The position numbers and the translations under genes are program-made. A stretch of 64,000 nt of DNA from a candidate division FCPU426 bacterium (GTDB taxonomy: Bacteria; Oederibacteriota; Muellerivitia; Muellerivitales; Muellerivitaceae). Positions 57,268 to 64,000 of the stretch are shown one piece after another. The number at the start of each line of letters is the position of its first letter. The first letter of the stretch is position 1. Below the pieces are notes generated by a model. That model saw only the letters and a list, made by a program, of their open reading frames with translations, was not told the DNA's origin and did not search any database. The stretch covers positions 64,001 to 128,000 of the forward strand of contig CAVTWJ010000001.1 of the NCBI GenBank assembly GCA_963738405.1. Direction: 5' to 3'.

Positions 57268-57840
57268 TTGCCAGTGACCTGGCAGGGGGTGCTGATCTAC
57301 CTCGGATGTGTAGCTTTCAGTTTCGGGTTGATTCCTCGTTTGTATTTCACGGGCCCACGCGAAAAGATGGTCCTGGCCCTGATGGGCCCCCTGCTGGCCC
57401 TCCTTCTCTGCTTGAATCTGGTCCTGGGCTTCCTGGAATGGGACAAGATCGACCTGACCGATTTGTTCGAAAAGTCTAAGGATTCCCGTCCGTTGCCCCC
57501 TCCTCCGCCCCCCAAGCCCGTGAATACCAAAGGCTATGTGAAGGTATTTATCTTCACAGTGATTTGCGTGATCCCGGGGCTGATGCCTTTAGTGGCGCAA
57601 CAAGGCGCGCCGGGTTTATCGGGGACGCTTTATGATTTGGGCCAATTCTTCAGCATGTTCACCTTTTTCGCGCTTCCATGCCTTTCGATTTACCATTTGG
57701 GACATTTCATCGCCTACCTTCGCCCCAAAAACGCCGATCAGAGCTTGGTATTGCTGTTAGGCCTCCTGGGTTGTTTTCTTTCCGTTTCGGGATTCCTGAT
57801 GACCTTGGCTTCCTGCCGGGGCCGGGCGGGATTTCCTTGA
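57268..57840 (+). CDS. Hypothetical membrane protein
   Basis: About five hydrophobic segments with a poly-Pro loop; start uncertain. Confidence 0.5.
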   Translation: MPVTWQGVLIYLGCVAFSFGLIPRLYFTGPREKMVLALMGPLLALLLCLNLVLGFLEWDKIDLTDLFEKSKDSRPLPPPPPPKPVNTKGYVKVFIFTVICVIPGLMPLVAQQGAPGLSGTLYDLGQFFSMFTFFALPCLSIYHLGHFIAYLRPKNADQSLVLLLGLLGCFLSVSGFLMTLASCRGRAGFP

Positions 57841-57856
57841 TGGGTAGAATTTAGGG

Positions 57857-58186
57857 ATGCCAACCGAAAAACCTTTCCGGGACGGGGCCCTCACAACCGC
57901 TTTGCTTTTGATTCTGTTCAGCTCCTTGGGCTTTATGGGCCTCATTTATTACTCGTCAACCGAAGCAGTCCACCCGAAGGTTATGGAATATGCCCAATGG
58001 TTCCTTTTTGGGATGGGCGGTTTGAACATTCTTTTCACGTTTGGAGTTTGGTTTTGGAAGCGGTGGGGCATCTATGGCTTGGGTGCCATTGGGTTGTTTT
58101 CGTTAGTGATGGGTTTCCCCATTCCGATTTTTGAATTTGGCCTATTGCTTTATCTCGTTCGAGGCCATTGGCGGTATATGGATTAA
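57857..58186 (+). CDS. Small membrane protein
   Basis: GVWFWKRWGIYG; 3-4 TM segments. Confidence 0.6.
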   Translation: MPTEKPFRDGALTTALLLILFSSLGFMGLIYYSSTEAVHPKVMEYAQWFLFGMGGLNILFTFGVWFWKRWGIYGLGAIGLFSLVMGFPIPIFEFGLLLYLVRGHWRYMD

Positions 58187-58241
58187 ACGGAAGCGGATCA
58201 GGTAAATTGGGCCATCCTTATTTTTAGAAATTTGAATCGAA

Positions 58242-59075
58242 ATGAAATTAAACAAAACCTTCATATACAGCCTGCTTCTTCTCCTGGCGCCCATTTGCGT
58301 CTTGGCGGCCCAAGACGCCTATGACAAGGCTGTTTCGGCCTACGACGCGAAAAATTATTCCCGGGCCATCGCGGGGTTTCAGGCGGAGGCGGAAAAGGGC
58401 AACCCGGACGCCGAGTTCTCACTGGGGGTTTGCTACGACTTCGGGAATGGCGTTCCCAAGGACATGGCAAAGGCGGCCTTTTGGTACCAGAAAGCGGCCG
58501 AGGCGGGTGTGGAGGAGGCGCAGAACAACCTGGGAAGCTGTTATGAGAGCGGGGAAGGGGTCCCGAAAGATTACCACCAAGCCTACGCCTGGTATCAAAA
58601 GGCCGCAGCGCAGGGGAACCAAAAGGCGAAAGAAAATCTGGCCAACCTGGACGCCTATTTTTCCCAAAGCTCCGGGTACGGGCAATATGTCATCTACCTT
58701 TGGTGCACCCTGCCTCCATTGATTTTGCTGGGTCTGGTGATTTGGTGGAAAAAGAAAAAAAACAGTTCCCCCAAAAGCAATGAGCCGATTCCCGAACCCG
58801 TTTGGCCCTGCCCCTGTTGCGGATACGGGACTTTGAAATCCTGGGAAGACGGGGAAATCTGCGCGGTTTGCGGATGGGAGAAGCATGGGCGCGGGCGGGA
58901 AAATGATGCCTTTGAGGGGGTCAACGGGTCCTTGAGCCTCAACCAGGCCCGAACGAATTTCTTAAAGCAGGGAACCAGCGGGACCCAGGCGGGTTTTAAG
59001 GGGGCCTCCCCCGGCAACTATCTGCGGGTACGGCGATTTAAGCTGGATGAAACCGGCGAAGCGGTCGAGTTGTAA
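58242..59075 (+). CDS. Sel1-repeat protein with TM segment and C-terminal CPCC Cys-rich domain
   Basis: AEFSLGVCY..G.GV.KD..KA..WYQKAA repeats; TM; CPCCGY..L......ICAVCGWE....N..LSL.QAR.NF. Confidence 0.8.
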   Translation: MKLNKTFIYSLLLLLAPICVLAAQDAYDKAVSAYDAKNYSRAIAGFQAEAEKGNPDAEFSLGVCYDFGNGVPKDMAKAAFWYQKAAEAGVEEAQNNLGSCYESGEGVPKDYHQAYAWYQKAAAQGNQKAKENLANLDAYFSQSSGYGQYVIYLWCTLPPLILLGLVIWWKKKKNSSPKSNEPIPEPVWPCPCCGYGTLKSWEDGEICAVCGWEKHGRGRENDAFEGVNGSLSLNQARTNFLKQGTSGTQAGFKGASPGNYLRVRRFKLDETGEAVEL

Positions 59076-59109
59076 GGAGTCCGGGGCGGGACGAATACCT
59101 GGGAGTTTT

Positions 59110-60063
59110 TCAATGGGGGCAGAGGTTGATTTCCACGGTGACATGGGAAATTTCCTCGTGGATTCCCAAAGCGGCCTTTACCATCTGCGGGGTCAGCCCT
59201 TTATCGTCGGTCACCAGGCCCAGGACGCAGGAATAGTTTTCTTTCCCCACCCGCCAGACATGCAGGTCCGTGATGCGCGTGGTTTGGGACCATTCGGGAT
59301 GCTTTTCGATAACTTCCCGTATTTCAGCCACCACCGGGCGGTCCATTTCACGGTCCAAGAGAACCTTTCCGGTTTCCCGGATCAATCCCCAGGCCCATGC
59401 GGACACCACTCCCGCCCCGACGATTCCCATAACCGGGTCCAGCCAAACCCAGCCCAGGTACAGCCCGCCGGTTAGGGCCAGGACCGCCAGCACCGAAGTG
59501 GCCGCATCCACCGCCACGTGAATATAGGCGGATTTGAGGTTGAGGTCGTGGTGGGCCCCATCGCCATGCGCGTGGGAATGGTCATTCCCATGGTCGTGGC
59601 CGTGGTGGTGGGCCTTTCCCAGGATCAGCGCGCAGACGATATTGACCGTCAGCCCCACCAGGGCGATGGGGATGGCCTGGCTGAAATGGATGGATTTGGG
59701 AGCCAGGAGGTTGCCGATGGAGCCCCAAACCATCATCGCGGCGATGACCATGAGAAGCACCGCGCTGGTGTAACCGGCCAAAACCTCGATCTTCCAGGTG
59801 CCGAAGGCGTAACGGCCGTCCGCGGCGTGGCGCCGGGCCTGGGCATAGGCCAAGGCGCTCAAACCGATGGCCAGGGTATGGGAACTCATATGCCAGCCAT
59901 CGGCCAGCAGAGCCATAGAATTAAAAAGCCAGCCGGCCGTGATTTCCACCAGCATCATGGCGGCGGTGATGGCAGCCACGATCCGGGTGCTTTTCTCGGC
60001 GTGGGTGTCATGCCCCGTGAAAACGTGTTCGTGGGTCCAGGCGCTTAGGTTTTCGGTATGCAT
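59110..60063 (-). CDS. dmeF: CDF-family Co/Ni efflux transporter
   Basis: W.HEHVF, SMALLADGWHMSSH, FGTWK.EVL, His-rich loop, NLKSAYIHV, DLHVWRVG. Confidence 0.88.
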   Translation of the reverse strand: MHTENLSAWTHEHVFTGHDTHAEKSTRIVAAITAAMMLVEITAGWLFNSMALLADGWHMSSHTLAIGLSALAYAQARRHAADGRYAFGTWKIEVLAGYTSAVLLMVIAAMMVWGSIGNLLAPKSIHFSQAIPIALVGLTVNIVCALILGKAHHHGHDHGNDHSHAHGDGAHHDLNLKSAYIHVAVDAATSVLAVLALTGGLYLGWVWLDPVMGIVGAGVVSAWAWGLIRETGKVLLDREMDRPVVAEIREVIEKHPEWSQTTRITDLHVWRVGKENYSCVLGLVTDDKGLTPQMVKAALGIHEEISHVTVEINLCPH

Positions 60064-60235
60064 CTTTCCTCCGGGTTGAGAAACTTAAAGAAATTCCGCG
60101 ATCGGGTTTGGGAACTTCCGGGATGATGGCAGAGCCTGAAAAGGAATGTCAAGGGAAGCCTTTTTGCGGGGGCTGGGGCAGGTCAAAAACGAAAATTATT
60201 TTTTGGATCGGCTGGTTTTGTATAATTTCCCACTC

Positions 60236-61612
60236 ATGAACTACGAACCTCTCTCGAAAAAAGACAAAAAATATCTCTGGCACCCTTTTACCCAGCAGCT
60301 GGAATGGGAAAGGGACCCGGAGATTCCCATCATCGTAAAGGGGAAGGGAACGTATCTTTACGACGCCAAGGGAAAGAAGTACCTCGACGGAGTTTCCTCC
60401 CTCTGGTGCAACGTCCATGGGCATCAGGTTCCTGAAATTGACCGGGCCATCCAAAAACAGCTCAAGAAAATCGCCCATTCAACCATGCTGGGGGCTTCCA
60501 ATGAACCGGCTATTCTTCTGGCTGAAAAGCTAATCAAACTGGCACCAAGTGGTTTGACCCGTGTTTTTTATTCCGACTCCGGCTCGGAAGCCAATGAGAT
60601 CGCGGCCAAGATGGCCTTTCAATATTGGCAGCAGACAACCCCTCCCAAGAAAAAGAGGAACCTCTTTTTAACCGTTCGGGAGGGTTACCACGGCGACACG
60701 GTAGGTTCCGTCAGCCTGGGCGGGATTGACCTTTTCCACGGCATCTTCGGACCGATGCTTTTTAAGACCCTCAAACTCAAAAGCCCCTTTGCCTACCCGA
60801 ACCGATTGGTTTCGAATACCAAGTGGTTGGCCGATTGCGTAAAAGAAGCTGAGGGGGTTTTTAAGAAGTTTGGAAACCGTTTGGCAGCGGTGCATATGGA
60901 ACCCCTGATCGAAGGGGCGGGCGGGATGCTGACCCACCCCTGGGGCTACCTGAAGGCCATTCGGCGCCTATGCGACCGATATAACGTTCTTCTTATATTA
61001 GATGAGGTGGCGACCGGGTTTGGGCGCACCGGCACCCTCTTTGCCTGCGAACAAGAGGGGGTCAGCCCCGATATCCTTTGCCTGGCTAAGAACCTAACCG
61101 GCGGGTACCTGCCCTTGGCGGCAACCCTGACCACCGAAAGGGTCTATAAGGCCTTTTTGGGAAGCTTTGAGTCGGGCCGGACTTTCTACCACGGCCATAC
61201 CTTTACGGGAAACCAACTGGCCTGCGCGGCGGCCTTGGCCAACCTGGAACTGATGGAGAAGAAATCGTTCCTTCAAGACATCGAAAAGAAAAGCCAACTG
61301 CTTCAGAGGCTCGTGGAACCCCTGATGGCCTTTCCCAACGTGGGCGATATCCGCTTGCGGGGAATGATGGGCGGGATTGAGCTGGTGAAAAACAAAAAAA
61401 CCGGCGAGCCCTACCCTTACGAATGGAAGATGGGTAACAAAGTTTGCGCCGAGGCGAAAAAGTGGGGCGTCTTGTTACGCCCCTTGGGCAACGTGATTGT
61501 GCTGATGCCCCCCTTAGGCATTAGTGAGAACGGACTGAGACTGTTGGTTCTTGCCGTCGTCATGGGTATTTATCGGGCCACCAAGGACGCGAATAGGAAA
61601 AACCCGCGTTAA
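60236..61612 (+). CDS. bioA: Adenosylmethionine-8-amino-7-oxononanoate aminotransferase
   Basis: WHPFTQ, SSLWCNVHGH, YHGDT, DEVATGFGRTG, AKNLTGGYLPL, HGHTFTGN. Confidence 0.95.
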   Translation: MNYEPLSKKDKKYLWHPFTQQLEWERDPEIPIIVKGKGTYLYDAKGKKYLDGVSSLWCNVHGHQVPEIDRAIQKQLKKIAHSTMLGASNEPAILLAEKLIKLAPSGLTRVFYSDSGSEANEIAAKMAFQYWQQTTPPKKKRNLFLTVREGYHGDTVGSVSLGGIDLFHGIFGPMLFKTLKLKSPFAYPNRLVSNTKWLADCVKEAEGVFKKFGNRLAAVHMEPLIEGAGGMLTHPWGYLKAIRRLCDRYNVLLILDEVATGFGRTGTLFACEQEGVSPDILCLAKNLTGGYLPLAATLTTERVYKAFLGSFESGRTFYHGHTFTGNQLACAAALANLELMEKKSFLQDIEKKSQLLQRLVEPLMAFPNVGDIRLRGMMGGIELVKNKKTGEPYPYEWKMGNKVCAEAKKWGVLLRPLGNVIVLMPPLGISENGLRLLVLAVVMGIYRATKDANRKNPR

Positions 61613-61666
61613 TTGGGGCTTCGGGCCCTAAAAATCCGCTTCTGTTGTGTTAAAGTAACCACCGCC

Positions 61667-63058
61667 ATGACCCCCAAAACAGCCACCCAAACTAAAACCG
61701 TCGCCGTGATCAGCCTCGGATGCCCCAAAAACACTGTGGACAGCGAAGTCATGCTGGGCCACCTGGTGAAGGCCCAATACGCGCTGGTGCAGGACCCTTC
61801 GGAAGCCGAGGTGGTCATTGTGAACACCTGCGGGTTCATTGAGGCCGCCAAGAAAGAATCCATTGACGCCATTTTGGAAGCGGCCAAACTGCGCAAAACT
61901 GGAAAATTAAAATCCCTGGTGGTGGGGGGCTGTTTGGCCCAGCGCTATGGGGATGAATTAAGAAAAGAACTTCCTGAAATCGACATCTTGTTCGGCTTGA
62001 ACGACGTGGAAAAGGTGGCGGAGCAGGTCAGAGGGGATGGCATGGCCCTGCACCCCTCCCAAATGCAGCTCAAGGCGCCGTTACTACCGGATTCTCTCAA
62101 CGAAGCTACTTATGTTTATGACGCTTCCTCGCCCCGGTTCCTTTCAACCCCTTCCCATTTTGCCTATGTGAAAATTTCCGAAGGCTGCGACCTGCCCTGT
62201 ACCTTTTGCATTATCCCCAAGATTCGGGGCCACTACCGAAGCCGGTCCCTGGAAGATATTGAAAGGGAAGGCCGCCAACTGGCCAACCAAGGCGTGAAAG
62301 AACTTTGCCTGGTGGCCCAGGACAGCACCTGGTATGGGTCGGACCGTTATGGAAAACCCCAAATCAGCCCGCTGTTGAAGAACCTTTCCGCCATCAAGGA
62401 ATTGGAGTGGGTAAGGCTTCATTACCTCTACCCCAGCCGGGTAACGGACGAGATGCTGGAAGTGATGGCCGACTACCCCCGCATCGCCCCCTATTTTGAC
62501 GTACCCCTTCAGCACGCCAGCGACCAGATCTTAAAAGCCATGCAGCGTATTGGCAACCGCGCATCGTTGGAAAAGCTTCTGGAGCGCATCAAGACCAAAA
62601 TCCCCAAGGCGGCTTTGCGTTCTACTTTTATTGTTGGGTTTCCGGGCGAGACGGACGAGGATTTCAACGAACTGCTTCAATTTTTAGAACTGGCCCAGTT
62701 GGATTACGCCGGTTTTTTCTCCTACTCCAAAGAAGAAGACACCCCCGCGGGGGTGATGGGGGCCCAGGTGCCTGAAAAGGTGAAAAAAGAACGCCTGGCA
62801 CAGGCCTATAAGGCCCAAGAGGCGATCGCCGAGAGGGCCCATCAAAGGTGGGTGGGTGAAAGGTTAAAGGCGGTTGTGGAAGAAATAGATTCGGAAGGTT
62901 TGGCCCACGCGCGAACCAAATACCAGGCACCCGAAGTGGATGGGGCCGTGTTGATTGAGGGATTACCTGAAGCGAAAAAGGGCCAGTGGGTGGATGTGGA
63001 GATTTCCCATGTGCTGGGGCAAGATTTGGTCGCGCACCCCTGTGAGAACAAGGCGTAA
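61667..63058 (+). CDS. rimO: Ribosomal protein S12 methylthiotransferase
   Basis: SLGCPKN.VDSE, NTCGFI, EGCDLPCTFC, YLYP, QAPEVDG. Confidence 0.95.
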   Translation: MTPKTATQTKTVAVISLGCPKNTVDSEVMLGHLVKAQYALVQDPSEAEVVIVNTCGFIEAAKKESIDAILEAAKLRKTGKLKSLVVGGCLAQRYGDELRKELPEIDILFGLNDVEKVAEQVRGDGMALHPSQMQLKAPLLPDSLNEATYVYDASSPRFLSTPSHFAYVKISEGCDLPCTFCIIPKIRGHYRSRSLEDIEREGRQLANQGVKELCLVAQDSTWYGSDRYGKPQISPLLKNLSAIKELEWVRLHYLYPSRVTDEMLEVMADYPRIAPYFDVPLQHASDQILKAMQRIGNRASLEKLLERIKTKIPKAALRSTFIVGFPGETDEDFNELLQFLELAQLDYAGFFSYSKEEDTPAGVMGAQVPEKVKKERLAQAYKAQEAIAERAHQRWVGERLKAVVEEIDSEGLAHARTKYQAPEVDGAVLIEGLPEAKKGQWVDVEISHVLGQDLVAHPCENKA

Positions 63059-63061
63059 GTT

Positions 63062-63712
63062 ATGTGGATTCCCAAGTCCCTTTTAACCAATAACCGCTGG
63101 AACATCGCCAACCTAGTGACTTTTTCCCGCATCCTCGTGACGCCGATTTTTCTCATACTCATTTTCCGCCCCGAGCTATGGGCCAAGTGGGCGGCGGGTT
63201 TGCTGTTCGCCTGGGGAGCCCTGAGCGATTATTTCGACGGCTACCTGGCCCGCAAGTACAACTTGAAGACCGATTTCGGGACCCTGATGGACCCCCTGGC
63301 CGATAAGGTTTTGTTTCTTTCGGTGCTGTTGGCTTTCGTGCAGCTGCAATTGGTGCCGGCCTGGATGGTGGCGGTGATCGCGGCCCGTGAATTTTTAATT
63401 ACAGGTTTCCGCCAGGTGGCGGTGAGCAAGAACGTGGTCATCGCGGCCAGCCGGGCGGGAAAGCACAAGACCGTTTCTCAGATCGTGGCGATTTCGGTCA
63501 TCCTGGCCATCCTTTGCGGCCGCGCGACCGTTGAAAAATACCAGGGCAATTGGGATTTCTTTACCGCCAGGCTCGGCACGACGGGGGATTGGATTAACAC
63601 CTTTGTGGTCTACGGGCCCTATTGGCTGATGTTTTACGCCACGGCCATGTCGATCCTTTCGGGGCTGGATTATTTCTTTCGTAACCGAAAAATCCTCACG
63701 GGGGGCAAATGA
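63062..63712 (+). CDS. pgsA: CDP-diacylglycerol-glycerol-3-phosphate phosphatidyltransferase
   Basis: NIAN.VTFSRI, DYFDGYLARK...TDFG.LMDPLADK, AREF. Confidence 0.95.
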   Translation: MWIPKSLLTNNRWNIANLVTFSRILVTPIFLILIFRPELWAKWAAGLLFAWGALSDYFDGYLARKYNLKTDFGTLMDPLADKVLFLSVLLAFVQLQLVPAWMVAVIAAREFLITGFRQVAVSKNVVIAASRAGKHKTVSQIVAISVILAILCGRATVEKYQGNWDFFTARLGTTGDWINTFVVYGPYWLMFYATAMSILSGLDYFFRNRKILTGGK

Positions 63713-64000
63713 TGAAAGGCATCTCCTATTTCATTTCAACTTTTTGTTTTGTGGGATTGATCCCCGGGGCTCCGGGAACCTGGGCTTCCATCGCGGCGGT
63801 GCCTTTTGTTTATTTGCTGATGGACCGTCCCAATTTGCTTTTGGGTGTATTGGGCATCGTTTTGGCGGTCGGAGTTATCACGGCGGGAAAAACCGCAAAA
63901 GACCTTGGGCGAATCGATCCTTCCTGCGTGGTCATTGACGAGGTGCTGGGCATGGGAGTGACGCTTTTATGGGTGCCCCGCGAATGGCCCTTTGTCGTCA
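63709..64000 (+). CDS. pgpA: Phosphatidylglycerophosphatase A, 3'-truncated by window edge
   Basis: Hand translation: GLIPGAPGTWAS...DPSCVVIDEVLGM; not in the ORF track. Confidence 0.9.
   Translation, partial: MMKGISYFISTFCFVGLIPGAPGTWASIAAVPFVYLLMDRPNLLLGVLGIVLAVGVITAGKTAKDLGRIDPSCVVIDEVLGMGVTLLWVPREWPFVV

Overview
Bacterial chromosomal window from a diderm organism (AsmA, TonB-dependent receptor, beta-barrel protein); the lineage cannot be assigned from sequence alone. The left ~15 kb is mostly housekeeping: pstA-pstB-phoU, csp, a PIG-L deacetylase, recA, asmA-like, MFS, phosphatase, mazG and fabG/fabF. The right end is bioA-rimO-pgsA-pgpA. Between them, bioF, bioD and bioA are spread over ~36 kb by accessory genes. 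These include GH43 and GH5 malectin glycoside hydrolases, GNATs, tandem DHFR-like and DUF899 paralogues, five toxin-antitoxin modules, a TBDR-YfiR-kinase-regulator module and a Crp/Fnr-controlled NO-stress cluster (qNor, hemerythrin, ric). No rRNA, tRNA, CRISPR, integrase or transposase was recognised. The most unusual items are: (1) a ParB-like CTPase/HTH protein fused to a membrane anchor and distal domains, with a palindrome inside its own gene and three more just downstream, two of them in a collapsed ORF6N remnant; (2) a membrane protein with two catalytically degenerate Mrr-like domains, next to a 50% acidic protein and divergent from mazG; (3) a 77-bp double-hairpin insertion that breaks higB; (4) a perfect palindrome at the recA promoter that may be a lineage-specific SOS box; (5) nested direct repeats bounding the TBDR signalling module. 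All domain calls come from reading motifs by eye; no database searches were run.
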